A DNA stretch of 63,500 nt, the filler included, from Collodictyon triciliatum (lineage: Eukaryota), in the NCBI GenBank assembly GCA_043381765.1. It is 12 parts of 12 records of this genome, joined end to end, with 100 filler letters (N's around TTAATTAATTAA, not from the genome) between each part and the next. Parts side by side here need not be neighbours in the genome. Positions count along the whole stretch, not along the records: positions 1 to 5,352 come from JBHJMP010005270.1; positions 5,453 to 10,805 come from JBHJMP010005271.1; positions 10,906 to 16,257 come from JBHJMP010005272.1; 9 more parts are not named here. One strand, written 5' to 3'. The notes beneath the pieces were generated by a model. It had not been told where the DNA came from. It did not search any database and worked only from the letters and a program-made list of their open reading frames with translations. The position numbers were made by a program, and so were the translations under genes. Shown piece after piece: positions 1-14,160 of the stretch. Every line of letters starts with the position of its first letter. Position 1 is the stretch's first letter.

Positions 1-165
1 AGAAAAAAGAAAAAAAGAAAAGAAAAAAGAAAAGAAAAAAGAAAAGAAAAGAAAAAGAAAAAAGAAAAAGAAAAAAGAAAAAAGAAAAAAGAAAAGAAAA
101 AAGAAAAAAGAAAAAAGAAAAAAGAAAAAAGAAAAAAGAAAAGAAAAAGAAAAAAGAAAAGAAGA
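1..165. repeat. (GAAAA/GAAAAAA)n low-complexity microsatellite at contig start
   Basis: Purine-only repeat, directly visible. Confidence 0.95.
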
Positions 166-979
166 AAGAGAGCAAGAAGTAATGTAGAGTCAAGAACCAG
201 ATGAAGTCTAGCGATCTAAGTCTTTTCCCACGTCTCTGAGTGCGTCACGCTTACACCAAAGACGGAACCATACAACCACCCACGCCGGAAAAGAAACACG
301 GTAGCATTTGCCGCCCACCATAAACATGTCGAACGCCACAAAAAAACTCTTATTTTCATTTTGGCGTTCTTACGTGCTCAATATGAGATTCGAACGTGGA
401 TATCCCTACCATCCACCTTCATCAATTATCTACTGCACCATCGTTCCAAACTAATGTTCAATCACCCTAAAATATCTCACCCAACGGTTATTTATACACC
501 AAAGTCCCGGCCTCCAGACACGTTCTTGAGCTGCAAGAAACCCACTCGGGCTACCCAGTACTTGGGAAGGTGGGTGAGTGAAGCGATACTGGCATTAAAA
601 GGAAAACTTCTTGCGCAAGTAAGACTCCAACGGGTGGGATGTTTTCTCTGGACTTGCTGCTTGAGCCCATAGAAACAACCCTTCAAAAAAAAAGAAAAAA
701 AAAGAGGCACGACTAAACCCGACGCCACGGGCGATGTGGGGCTTTGGCCTTTGCCCCGTGAAGCACTCATGGGTTCAGGCCTTTTATTCATGAGAGAACA
801 CCTGAAATGATGGTTATGAGTATAATTATTGTTGTTGTTGAGGATAAAGAAGACATCAGCTCTACTCACTCTGACGTCCAGTACTTTCTTTATTGTCATT
901 TACCTCTACCGCAGCCTACTCGATCACTTCTGGTTGAACCGCACAGCTGCATAAAACCGCACTTTTGCTCGAGCCAAGA

Positions 980-3900
980 ATGCCCCAGGTTTGCCCAAAG
1001 TGCGGCAGTTCCGAGATCGACTACGATCCAACACGTGGAGATTCATGTTGCGTAGAATGCGGTTTTGTATGTATCTTGCTACCTTTTTTTTCCTCCTTCC
1101 ACACAACTCCTCTTCATAGTTCTCTTGTCCTTGTCTTCCGCTCTCTTGTTGATGCAAAGCTGATCAGATTTGCAGTTCGAAGCCAGAACGAAACCTTGTC
1201 GACGTCCAATAATTTCCATGATACCAAAATAGGAATTCATAAAAGGAAATAGATGGTGTTAGATTGCTTCCTTTCAGTTTTTTCCCTTTTCCTTCTTTTG
1301 TCATTGAGATAAGCACGCCAAGATTAAGGAAGGAAATTTATATGTTTACCGATGTGAATTTTTTTAACAGTCAAATTGTATATATTTATGTGCAGGTGTT
1401 AGAACAGAATGTCATTATCTCTGAAGTTACATTTGTTGAGAACGCAAATGGGACGTCGTCTGCTGTTGGTCGGTTCGTATCGTCAACATCTGCAGGTATG
1501 TGTCATATCAATACATAACATGTTGAACTTATGTAAATATTCAGCAAAATTATAGCATGAACCAACTGCTCTTGATTAAGAAAAGAGTTACGCCACCATC
1601 TGACATCAAAAGATGATTATTGTATCAATTACCCTCTTCGGAGAAGCTTTTCACAGATATTTTTAGGGGGTGCTTTCGCTGGATTGAGTGGTATGGGCAG
1701 AGATAGCAGAGAAATAACATTGGCAAATGGTATCCCATTAGTTTTTCTTTGAAGTTTTTTTTATCACCATGAACCAATATCACCATGACAAGTATTTATT
1801 GCATGAATATTCTATGAAGTTCAAATTAATTAAGTCATAATCTTTTATGATTTTTACATCAAATATAATCCTGTACAGGTCGAAGAAAAATCAACCAAAT
1901 GGCCAATTTGCTAAGACTATCGTCTCATCATTCCGAGGCAGCAGAAAGATTATTCATGTTGGCCATGCAGCACAATTTTATTAGGGGAAGAAGGTGACCG
2001 AATCACCACTTAAATTACACAATATCTAATTAATCGAGCGAATGATTAATTTTTTTTTATAAATTTTATTTTTTATTGCGACTTCAAGAATAGAAACGGA
2101 AAAAAAATATAATTCACCATTTACCATTTCATGACTAGAACAATACACGTCATAGCTTCATGTCTCTATATCGTGTGTCGGAGAGAGAAAACCCCCCGTA
2201 AGAACAAATCATCATTTTTCAATACATTTTTACTACAAAATTACATTATCAATTGATATGTACATATTTTGATTGCTGGTCATCACTACAAAATCTCTGT
2301 GCAGATATGTTGATTGACTTCTCTGACATTATTCAGGTTAAATTCCTATATTGGTATTACATTCATATTTTTTTGGAGTGCATTAATAGTATTTTCTTAA
2401 ACTCTAGACAAATCTATACGTGTTGGGAAACACGTTTCTGAAATTCTGCAGACTCTTAAACTTGCGGCTTCCTATTATTGGTACCAATTAAAATATAAAC
2501 ATGACTGAAAACGTCTATTCATGAAATGAATGACTATTTGTGGTTAATTGATAATAATAAATATATCAATCAATTTGTCCTGAACATATCCTATCCATAC
2601 CTTATAATATTTCCCCCTATATCAGACCCTTCTCTTTTTATACACCGCTTTGCTGCTAGACTGGAGTTCGAAGAAAAGACCCATGCTGTATCGATGACAG
2701 GTTAGCTCGGGCTGATATTCGATAGAAATACATGAAAATGGATATGAAATGGAACTCATGAAAGCTCATTCTTGTAAATAAGCGCTACGAATCGTTGCAC
2801 GGATGAAACGTGACTGGATTCAGACAGGAAGACGCCCTTCTGGAGTATGTGGAGCAGGTGATGCATTTACCTTATGTTTTTTTTCTTGAAAATAAAACGG
2901 GCCATCATTTATGGTTCTGACTAACATTTTTTTTAACGGAAACAGCTCTCTTAATTGCTGCTCGAATGCATGGGTTTCGACGCACCCAAAAAGAGATTAT
3001 ATACGTGGTACACATATGTGAAATGACGTTGAAAAAAAGGTCTTCCATCACACCATTTTACTCAGTATTTTGAAAGATCAAATCTTACAGCTTTCATGTA
3101 ATACTATGATATGATAGATGTTTTGTGATTTCTTAAACCTTGTTCTTCTTATGCCTAGGCTAGAAGAATTTGGAGAAACTCCAAGTGGACAGCTTACTAT
3201 GTCCGAGTTTGAAAAAGTTGACCTAGAAGACACATGTATATACCATAGTTTATAAAGGCATCGTCTAAATAAAATATGTCATAATGAAGATGAAATAAGG
3301 TTTTATCAGACAAATTTATTCTTTTCATTACGATAAAAAGATCACATTCGATATAGGCTTCCCACCAGCCTTTATTCGCTCTCAAAAGAAAAAAGGGGTA
3401 TGGTTTGCCTTCCGAAAATTAATGGTTTATTTAGATAAATTTTTCCAGTTTTTCAAAATTATACAAATAATGCTATTTTTTTTTATTCTCGCTGCAATGA
3501 CTAGATTTTTATTGAAAATGGGGTACAAATGCAAAGTCCACTTGCTCCAAGCGTAAATATGTGATTCTATTAGCCCATACGATGGTCTTTTGGTTGTAGT
3601 GTATAAAAATGATCACACAGGGTTGTTTAGTTCATGTTTTCCATTCAAAAACATGTATTACATTTAGTTTTCAATCATGACTGAGGCTGATGTTGTAGAG
3701 CAAATCATGATCGAGAAAGAAATGACTAAAGCTCTTAATAGGTATAGTAATAGTTAATCACTCCTTTTTTTTATTCAAAAATTGAACTGAAATTAACTTG
3801 TATTTTATCATAGTCACGAGACAAATATCGATGCCTCCCAAATAAAATCATCAGATGGAAAAGAAAGCCTTTCAGCAGGAAAAGGTTGCGGCATTTCCAT

Positions 3901-5093
3901 GAATGAGATTAATCAATACATATGATGCATTATTTCCTAGATTTATCTTATTCAGCATTTTGGTCAATCCCTACCAAAATATTGAATCTGAAAATGCTGT
4001 ATCAATACAGAAAACGATCAAAATGAAACTGAGGAGCACGGTTGATTTTAGTTTATTATAATTTTCAACGATTGTTCCAATATTCTCAATTATCCTGCTT
4101 ATTTTCTTCTTTGGGCATATGTACCAAGGACTAGTCTTTCTAAATTTTTTGGCACCTTTTCAAGTGATTGACCCTGATAAGTTAGCCGAGGAAACTCTGT
4201 CTGACGTGGATGACAGTGAGATTGACTGTTTACTCAACAGGTTTGATGTTGATTATCAATAACGCATTAAATTAATATTGATAGAATATTGTGATGTATT
4301 TTTCGTTGTTTTTCACTACATATTTACTTTTTATTTTACTCCTGATAATATTTTTTTTACAAATAAATAAAATTAACTTCCCTGATTAGACCTGAGGAAA
4401 TTGAAGTGAAAGGAAAGTTATGGGAAGAAATTAATAAAGAATATATAGAAGAACAAGAAGGTATTATAGTTATCTTTTTTTTTTTGGTGTAATTATACAT
4501 AAAGCATGTCCGAAGGAACCAATATTTAATATAATCAAGTTTACATGAAAGATTGATGTATACATTGACTGTAATAATAAGACATTATTTCTGATACTTG
4601 CAGAGAAATTAAAGCAGCAGGCCGAGGAGCTCGAGAATGGAACCTCGAAACAACCGAAGAGACAGTATAGCGTATGATTTTCTCTTCAAAAATTTATATT
4701 GATATATCCTTTGAAATATGCAATTTTTTACATGTGAAAATTATGGTAGAAAAAGGCAAAAGGGAGCGGAGAAGCTCAGGTTGCTGAAAACGCAGCCGAG
4801 GCGGCACGTCATATGCTGGTATGTTCAAAAAACCCCAAAAACCAAAAAAAAACCAAAAAAAACCAAAAAAAAACCAAAAAAAAACAAAAAAAAACCAAAA
4901 AAACCAAAAAAACAGAAACAGAAACAGAAACAGAAACAGAAACAAAAAGAAAAGGAAATAACTATGTTTATTTCTAAGGATTCTTTCTAAAATTCATCCG
5001 TAAATAATTTAACTTTAGGAACAAAGGAAATCAAGAAATGTAAACTATGATGCATTGAAAGACCTTTTCAACCTGACACCTGTCACTGAAGTT
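980..5093 (+). CDS. BRF1: TFIIIB subunit Brf1 (TFIIB-related factor), about 20 exons; 3' end uncertain
   Basis: Hand-spliced GT-AG exons give the Zn ribbon [42 protein letters not shown], cyclin folds ([67 protein letters not shown]) and Brf1 C-terminal blocks ([31 protein letters not shown]). A few central exons were only partly resolved. Confidence 0.95.
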
Positions 5094-5352
5094 GTAGGAT
5101 TTTATATTTTCATCCATAAGACCAATTGAATTGTTCACCAATATCGATGACATATTTTACCTATGTAAATGATTTTAACTCTAAAGATGATTTGATAGTG
5201 CTTCATGATATTATAGCACTTCCAAAACATTTGAATGTAATAAAGCACAAAACAAACAAACAAAAAACAAACAAAAAACAAACAAAAAACAAACAAAAAA
5301 CAAACAAAAAACAAACAAAAAACAAACAAAAAAACAAACAAAAAAACAAACA

Positions 5353-5452
5353 NNNNNNNNNNNNNNNNNNNNNNNNNNNNNNNNNNNNNNNNNNNNTTAA
5401 TTAATTAANNNNNNNNNNNNNNNNNNNNNNNNNNNNNNNNNNNNNNNNNNNN
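5353..5452. other. Artificial contig spacer (N44-TTAATTAATTAA-N44); identical spacers at 10806, 16258, 21708, 27157, 32606, 38109, 43557, 49005, 54455, 59901
   Basis: Eleven identical 100-nt spacers with stops in all six frames. The intervening contigs are 5346-5403 nt, consistent with size-sorted unplaced contigs. Confidence 0.98.
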
Positions 5453-5483
5453 AAATAAAAACAATTTTTTCCACCCAAAAAAA

Positions 5484-5551
<68 letters not shown>

Positions 5552-5564
5552 GGAGTTTACCAGG

Positions 5565-8500
5565 ATGAGCCAAGTGCGCAGGTTCACCACACCGGACTTT
5601 CTCCAAGGCACACGCGTCAGTCAGGGAGCATCACACACAGCAGAAGAGTCGCAGTACTCACGAGGAACATACGATACTCAGTTGACGGTAGATTCGTCGG
5701 TTGCTGTGGTGAAGCGAACTCCGCGTCTAGATTTGCTTCGCAACTTCGCCACAGCCGGCGTGGAAATCGATGCGCTAAGTCCGCGTTCTCAAGGAACCAC
5801 AGTCACACAGGCAGAGGTGGTTCACATAGAAGAACTCAGAGTTCTTCGAGACCTTGGCGTTGATGAAATGGCCCACAAGATCCAAGGCCGAGTCACCATC
5901 CATGTTGTGGAGCCACGCCCTTTTCTGGTGTCTGTTGGATGGGGCGACCTGGGCATCCCCTACATATTCCAACGCCTGTTCTTTCCTTTGGAGCTCGTTC
6001 GAGCAAATGAAGTAGCTCGCTCTTTGATGCTTAGCTTCATGTTTTTTGCTTTCCTGGTTTGTCAGATTATTCAACTTTCTCTCGAGGAACGATCAAACAC
6101 TATTCCGTATATCTATCGCGCCTCTCTCATCGCGCCTACTGCGCTGTTATACATTGCATCTCGATCAAAATTGGTGAATATGGTAGCCAATTACCTTCCC
6201 TTTATGATCACAGTCACCGTTATAGGCTCAAATGCCGTTCACACGTCTAATTTAGAATACCCTCACCAGCCTTCTTTACTTATATATGCAATTACATTAG
6301 CAATATCCACGGTCTGTAACGTAACATCTAGTCGAGCAATTCTTATTCATGGTATATTTGCAATACTGTCGTCTGCAACCATCGGAATGGCTCTTAGTTG
6401 GGAAAAGCAAGAGTTGCTCAAAGTTTGCAGTGGCATCACAATCGTTTTTGTCTTTACCATGATGGTTTCTTACCTTCGAGATAACTTTCGGAAAAATCCC
6501 ATTCCAGCCATATTATCTTCAAATATCCCTGTCGCTTATTATTCCCATGACTTTCGTCTTATTGAAACTAACGCGGCTTTCCGTAAGTTTTATAGGCTTA
6601 AACAGGAAAAACAATACATGTTGGCAGACTTTGTTCAAACTGAATCAGATATTGAACAGCTTTACGACATTAGCCCTCCCGACCCTCATCTTGGGGTAGG
6701 AATGAAGGCTGACGGTGAAGATTTCTGGGCTTTGGTCTCATTCTCTAAAGTCTTTTTCAGATATTCCTACTCGGCAATTATAGTTCATAATCTCACTTTC
6801 GAAGCTGATTCACAAAGGAAAACGGAGCGACTAAATCAAAAAAAGGATGAAATCAAAACAAATATTTCATCTTTAGCGAACGAGAATCATGACCTTCTTC
6901 TATTTGTATGATTAATTTATAAATATCTCCTAGCTTTATAAAAGTCATTCATATGTCACCACGATGAAATCTAAATAGTCCAAGTTATATCCTTTTACTT
7001 TTTTTAAAATAATAATAGGTTGCATACATCAACGCCGCTGTTTCCTCTCTTCGAAGCATTACAAAGCAGTACTATTACATTAATATAATAAACTCATCTA
7101 TCGCAATCATGACACACCAGCTTCGTGATCTATTGAATTCTCTAAAATCAAGAAAGAGCCTCTTGAGTGTAGACCAGAAGGAATTCAACCTAGCAAAGTG
7201 ATTTTTCATATTACAAATTAGTTACTAAAAATCGATGAAAGCTACGAATTAAATATGAATATGTCATCGCTGCACATAAAACTACTTGGAAAATAAGACA
7301 ATCTGGTTGAATTGATTTTTGGTTCGTTTTTTCTTTAAAAAGCAATAAATTAAACTTGAAATTTGCATAGGCTTGTCGAAGAATCGGTACAAATCCTAGC
7401 ATGTTACGCTCAACAGAGAAGCATCCAACTAGCATCCTTCATCGATCCTGGAATATCTGCTGAATATATTGGCGATCAAGGCAGAATACGAAGAATATTG
7501 ATGAACCTTACAATCAACGCGATCAAGTTTACAGAAAAAGGATTTATGTTGCTAATGGTTGCACCACAAAAGGTTGGATTTTATATCACAGTCTAAGAAA
7601 AAAAAAACACACACAAAGACATTCTATTATTCACTCAAAAGTGTTTCAATCCTGCTTCTTCCCTGTTTTCCGAATAATCTTTTTAAAGATTATTTTAAAT
7701 ATTCGAATTAAAATTGCCGTAACCCCACTTTCCCATTAAAGTAATTTTTCTTAGGAAGGTAGTGGGGTTGAATTTAAAATAATTGACACTGGGATTGGGA
7801 TGACGAAGGAAACACTTAATGAAGTCTTCAAAGCCTGGAAACAAGGAGATACCCCTGAATCGATTGCTAAAAATAATGAAGGATATGGACTTGGTCTGTC
7901 CAGTGTCGGGTATTTATTTATGTATCTATATATTGTTTTGCGTTTGTTGCTTTTATCTTGTTTGCAAAATTCACCTTCTGCATATTTTGTTTCATATCTT
8001 TAGATATCACCAGCTTGAAGGAATGAGTTTACTGCTATTATTTTTTTTTTTAAAAAAAAATTCTCAAATTATTCAAAATCTCGAAACAGGCAACAACTCA
8101 AGCTTTTACGGGGTAAGATAGAGCCAAAAAGTGAACCTGGGGTGGGCTCGACCTTCATTGTCAGTATTCCATTAGTTCCAAAGACACTAGAAGGCTTTAT
8201 TACAAAAAACCCTTGTCTATCAGTAGTAAATGCACTTTTGATTATGGAACAGAGTCCAATTACCGACCTTACTTTTCGGGCCATTGAAAGCTATACTGAG
8301 TATCCAGTGACTCTAGAAGTTATTAGTAAGAGCGAGGAAGAGGTTTTAATGTATCTAACCTCACAGAGACAAAAATACACGATGATATTTATCGACTACA
8401 ACTACAAAGAAGTATTGACCAAACTTTTTCAGACGGATATTACAGCAAAATCTAACATGAGTCACCTAAAGCCATCTAGCGAAGTTTCCCAAGGGTTTGA

Positions 8501-10172
8501 AGCAGATGCACAAAGGCATCGGGGGATGCACATACCACCAATACAGCATAATGCCGAAGCAAACCATAGTAGAAGTAATCTTGTCAAGACTGAAAAATCC
8601 TTAGGTGCGGATGAAAAAATCTCTGCACCTCGGGTAAAATTTCGTCTGGAGCCTATCCAAAATCAATCAATTAACGACACAATTTCCCAGTCAACAAAAG
8701 TTGAAAATCCTGAATCTTACACACAAAATCATATGCTTGGTGTGTTTTTCCCAGACGAGTTTTGTCATAATAGAAGACCACCCAATGAGCCATTATTCGT
8801 CTTATTGTCTAACAATACCGTTGAAGAAAAGAGAAGCGGAACGAATTATTTCTCAGCAAAAATATACAAACCGCTGCAGCACAGTCAAGTCCGATATACT
8901 GTTTCTAAATTATTATGTAAAGACATTGATGCTCCTCCGTGCGAGAGTGAACAAAAGTTGGCTCCTTTGAATGTGTTGGTAGCAGATGATTCTGTATTGT
9001 TGTGTGAAAGTATTAGGATTTTCCTTGAAGATCGAGGGCATATAACAAGTTTTGCCAACTCTGGACCTGAATGCATCGACATTTTTCGAAACAGTTTCAA
9101 AAAAGACCACAAAATGTTTGACCTAATCTTACTTGACCTCAACATGCCAAACCAAGGAGATGGAATTGAAGCTTGTCGTTCAATAAGAAAATTTGAGGAT
9201 TTGTGTCGGTTGTCGCACAGCAGGACGATGATATATTTGATGAGTTGCGATGAAATTGAAGATGAAGAGATATATACCTCTATAGGAGCAAACGGCTTCA
9301 TAGATAAAACGGATTACACCCAAGAATTATCTAGCGTTTTATTACAATGCCACAACATGAAGCATCGAAAAACTAACAGGCTTGAATCCACAAATCCAAC
9401 AATCCAAGGAAGCGAAGCCCCAAGAACACATGAAATTTTTATATACGAGACCCATCCTACTAGCCAACCAACAATGGAACTAAACTCCGGCCTTGCAGAA
9501 CCAACGTTGGAAAACACTCAATATTCTAATACCATCGATCATGGTATGCAAACGAGCTCGGCTATACCAGTGTACGTTCCGGATTCATCCATTTGTTTGC
9601 CTGGGATGGCTATATCGCAAACAACAGAGATATCGGCTCAAATGACGGTCCAAACGCTGTCAATCCACCCAACTTTATCTGCTCACGCCAGTGCACCCCA
9701 GCCGACTGTCTACGAGATAGACCCCGCTGTGCGCAATCAAACCCCAATCCCGGTGGCCGCGTATAGCCCTCTCTCCATACCCATGTACCACCAGACCATG
9801 ATAACACCTACAGGTCAACAAAATCCCAGTAAGAGGCTCCCCTCAGCACCGCTCCCACAAAAAGTCGCCTTGGAACCCATCGCTCAAACATCAAAACCCT
9901 TCGATACAAACACGGTTTCTTCTACCCCACAGTCCTTGACTGCTGTTCCACTCCCCAGAAGTCTTCAGCAACCAATCATCCCTCAAGGCTGCGCAAGTGA
10001 AACGAATCCACCATCTGGCGATACTACTGCAAAGCCTGACCAAGCTTCGGAATCTCCTTCCATGGGACAGGCACAAGGAACTCTGAAGCGGATATCTCAT
10101 ACAATCACTAAAAGTACGCAAGCTAACTATATAGAAAGCGTCACTTCACAAAGTATTGTCGAAAAGAGGTAA
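5565..10172 (+). CDS. Membrane-bound hybrid sensor histidine kinase (multi-TM, PAS-like, HisKA, HATPase_c, receiver), 5 exons
   Basis: Hydrophobic N-terminal segments, then PAS-like PVAYYSHDFRLIETNAAF. N-box GDQGRIRRILMNLTINAIKFT, G1 IIDTGIGM, G2 GYGLGLS and SEPGVGSTF. Receiver VLVADD...FDLILLDLNMP...GANGFIDK. Canonical GT-AG introns join ORFs 5565, 7363, 7800 and 8142. Confidence 0.9.
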
Positions 10173-10374
10173 AAATGAATACCCCTACTTATGTAGGAGC
10201 AAAACAGATTATCCAAATATCATACTAATCGGACTCTTTTTTTTTTTTCCCTCATAAAACTAACATGAATCCTTAAATTCTTGCCCACAAAACTTGACTT
10301 TAATTATACACACAGGGAATTCGTCTGATCAGTACACGCAAGTTTTTTTTTTGTTTTTTGTTTTGTTTTTTTTT

Positions 10375-10438
<64 letters not shown>

Positions 10439-10747
10439 TTTTTGTTTTTTGTTTTTTGATTTCCTGGTGAAAACGAAAGAGGGAGAAGGGGTGTACAACT
10501 TAGTTTTGTCAATAAAAATACTCGTATGGAAAAAAATTCACCCGGTTATTATCATTTTGTGGTTTTTTTTTTCCTGAGGGAGTCACTTACAGCCCCCATG
10601 CACCACTACTTCGACTACAACTCCCCAAAGAATAGATGAGAAGCAGATTTTGTTTTTTGTTTTTTGTTTTCTTGTTTTCTTGTCTTCTTGTTTTCTTGTC
10701 TTCTTGTTTTCTTGTCTTCTTGTTTTCTTGTTTTCTTTGTTTTCTTT

Positions 10748-10805
<58 letters not shown>

Positions 10806-10905
10806 NNNNNNNNNNNNNNNNNNNNNNNNNNNNNNNNNNNNNNNNNNNNTTAATTAATTAANNNNNNNNNNNNNNNNNNNNNNNNNNNNNNNNNNNNNNN
10901 NNNNN

Positions 10906-11150
10906 CTGGACGCAGTTGTTGCAGAGGCCCAAATATCGCCTGGATTGAGCCAACAGCCGCAGCCGTCTTGAGTGTCAGTCGAAGAATCTCACCGGCTGTT
11001 TCGCGCAGGTTTTGAGCGAAGGGACATTGCACAAATGTGTGCTCAATGGATTCATCACCGTTGCTACAAAGTGTGCATTGTTGGGAGACTTTGCCAGCTT
11101 TTGTCGCGTGTGCCTATCCATAGCTCCCTATTGATGAGATGGCACAAAGC
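10906..11150 (-). mobile_element. Non-LTR retrotransposon (LINE/L1-Tx1-like) ORF2 remnant, zf-RVT domain
   Basis: The minus strand reads QQCTLCSNGDESIEHTFVQCPFAQNL, the CxxC-x(4)-ESxEH-xF-xxC-PFA zf-RVT signature. It is frameshifted upstream and cut by the contig end. Confidence 0.75.
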
Positions 11151-13049
11151 AGCCGAAAACATTACCAAAACAAAATAAATACAAACCAGAACATAAAAAA
11201 AGTAAATGATTCACTCTGTATTTGATATCGACCATATAATATTTTGTGTTCTCTTGGCTGTGGCATGTGAAAAAAGAGAGAACGAGTATGAGTCGTATGT
11301 TATGCCATCTCGCCTAGTAGCGTATATCCAAAACAACATTATGTCTTATGGTATGTGTCCAGTGATAGGTAGCATTCAGGGGCGTCCATTCAGTCGTGTG
11401 CTCCATCAAGACGGATTGAACACAGTTCTATTATATTCATAAATCTAAAGCTTCTGGAAACAACAAACCATTTTTTTACTTTCTACTTTTTTGTGTCATT
11501 AATCTTTGTGTGCAACGCGACTGGGCAAATAACAATAAAGCAAAAAAATAAGAATATTTGACACTGCCTTTGCTTTACACCCCAAAAACACGTCTGATAT
11601 GCTTCGCTTCGCTAATTACTTTTATTTCTTTTTAACCCTTGTTTTTAGGTCATAGAGCTCATATTTGTCTGACGCTATTATCCACCCTTTTTGTCTACTG
11701 TTGTATACTAACGCGTGATTTCATTTGGTGTTTTTTCTACAGTGTTATATCAAGAAACCATATTCGTAGAAACCGTTTTTACCTGTGGGCACATAACTTT
11801 TACACAAGCTAGTTTTGAAAGATTTTATTATGTTTTTTTCTTGATTAATACATATGTTAAAGTTTATGATGATGAATAGGTTAATAAATAAATATTGTTT
11901 TCAATATGTATAGACATAGTCACATGAAAATTTTTAATAGGCAGCCAACTTATATGATTTTTTGGAGGGTGCTTATTGTATGGATAGGTTGGTTTCTTTG
12001 TATCGAGGATTTTATAGGTGTATAATCTGATTTACCATTTTAATACCCATTCGGACTTGAATACTGTATATAAGCAACATGTCACAATCAACATATCATT
12101 ATTCTTTTTCATGACAAAAATTAATCAAATACAATTAAAAATTAAAAATTCTCGTAAAAAATCAATTTGAACAGGATATTGCCAATACTGTCAGTAACTC
12201 TTTTATAATTATGAAATAAATATTTGATTGCTTTCATAAGTATGCATACGATAAAGAATACAAACAGTTCAAGACTAACATCTATGAGATATTGGTTGTA
12301 AAGTGATGATTCAGGTTATGGAGCAAGATTAATACATTATGAAACATATAAAACAGCATACAATTTTAATATATTCATACAAAATATTTTTAATTATATG
12401 CCATGGCTAGTGTATTGTTGGCTTTGTATATGTAATCATCGTGCGTTGAATAATCAAAATACAGTCCCTATAAGGCTGGAATATCAATACTGTTGTTCAC
12501 TTAAAAATTATTGATAAATCAATACTCCATGAGACACACTGACTGTGACGTTGACCACGAAGTCCAGACCACGGCGTAAAGGCTTGACTTTGTAAATTAT
12601 TATTTTCTCTCTTTTTAAATTTGTGTAACCCTCGAATTGCTTGGCCTGACATAGTAATGTATTTTTAGATGCATTAAATAATCATACACATAATCGAAAA
12701 GATTATTGTGATACCAGAAAACTGATATAAATCAGCTAAAAAACGTTGGTAGTTATGAGACCCTGAAGAGAAACCAAGCCGACATAAAAACCCGAGAGAT
12801 GTCCTACTCCCATATGATATTTCTTGGGGCGCTAATCTTACAAATAAAAGTAAGAAATCAAATGCATATAAAGCCTATATCATAAAGTTCAAGCGTGTAC
12901 ATAAAAATGGAATGATAAAACTTTAGATATAGTTATCCTTACAAATAACAACTGTAAACAAAATAATAATAAAAAATAGGGAATCCACCAAAACATCATC
13001 GCAAATGAAATACCTTGCACACGACAATTAACCATAGTCAAATTAATCC

Positions 13050-14160
13050 TTAAACTTCCAGAATATTTTTCTGGTATAATTGCTCATAATTGTAAGATTG
13101 CACCAACCACAACATAACCAAATATAAGAAAAATCTCTGTGTTTTTGTTTTACTTTTCAATCCCTTGCTCAACCACACCACTTATTGTTTTTATATATCA
13201 TAGTCTTTATTTAAATGATACTCGCGTTGAAGAATATAATAACCGTCTGACATATACAGGTAATAAAACTCCTTCAAATCGTATTTAAGGTAACTGATTT
13301 GTGAGTGCTTTTATCAACCCGACAATTTTACCTGCCCTTCTGTCTGTCTCGAACACAATATGAACCCGTGTTGGATTTTTTTATTCATGACAGAATAAGA
13401 TGTTGGCGCCCGTGCCTACAATATTAAAACCATGTTTGATTTAAATCTCTTCAGGAAGAAAAGTCTGAGTGTAAAAACACTTTGCTATCTTTCTATTTCA
13501 CCACCCAGTTTATCTTTTCTTACATTCCTATTCATATATTTCTACTATATTTTATTTTTATGAACAAAAATCCAACATCATAAAATTCAAGTTTTCCACT
13601 GTCTCATCCGTATCTCGTGTTTGTCCTAGAGGCGAAGGCAGCAGCTCGACTTTGTTTTCTATTAGTAAATAGTTGAAATGAAACCAAGGAAAAATAAAAA
13701 ACTGCTACCTTGAATCAATTAAAAGCAACATAACTCATATATACAAAACCATTGTAATCGAAATTTTTTTTATCTATTATAGAAAATGTTTGGCATATAA
13801 TAAAAAACCTTCAACGCATCACCACAACCTTATCGATTTGCTTGCATATTTGTAAGGAATATATTGAAAACACTTGCTATTTTTCGCTGTAGTACCCAAA
13901 AAATTGCGTTTCTAAGGGAGCAGAGAGCAATTACTGATGTTTGCAATATTGCCACCTTGCTTGAGTGTGTATTTCTGTTTCTTAAAAACAAATAATCTGA
14001 AACTGTTCCTTTCAATGCTTTTCTTATTCGAACATTTGTTTTGATAAAACTATTCTTTAAATTATTCATGTTTGATACCGCCATAAATTCTTTTCTTGAC
14101 CGGGTTTACTTCTCTTTGTGTTTATGCAAATCCAGTAAGTTTAAGTCAGTTTGAATAATT
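13050..14160 (-). mobile_element. Degenerate piggyBac-family (DDE_Tnp_1_7) transposase relic
   Basis: Colinear minus-strand motifs with stops and frameshifts: TYW...SRKEF (about YW...MSRNRF), CFQYIPYKYASKSIRLW*C (about QYIPxKPxKYGIKxW), NRKIAKCFYTQTFLPEEI*IKHGFNIVGT (about RxIxxDNFFTSxxLAEEL...IVGT) and YIKTISGVVEQGIEK* (about YNKTMGGVDxxDQ). Confidence 0.65.

Noticed and set aside
1730-1878. BRF1 intron starting GTATCCC as a possible U12-type intron
   Set aside because: The donor departs from GTATCCTT and no TCCTTAAC-like branch site is seen near the acceptor.
4694-5611. Poly-Lys/Phe/KQTN ORFs here and at other contig ends
   Set aside because: Translations of homopolymers, microsatellites and N spacers.
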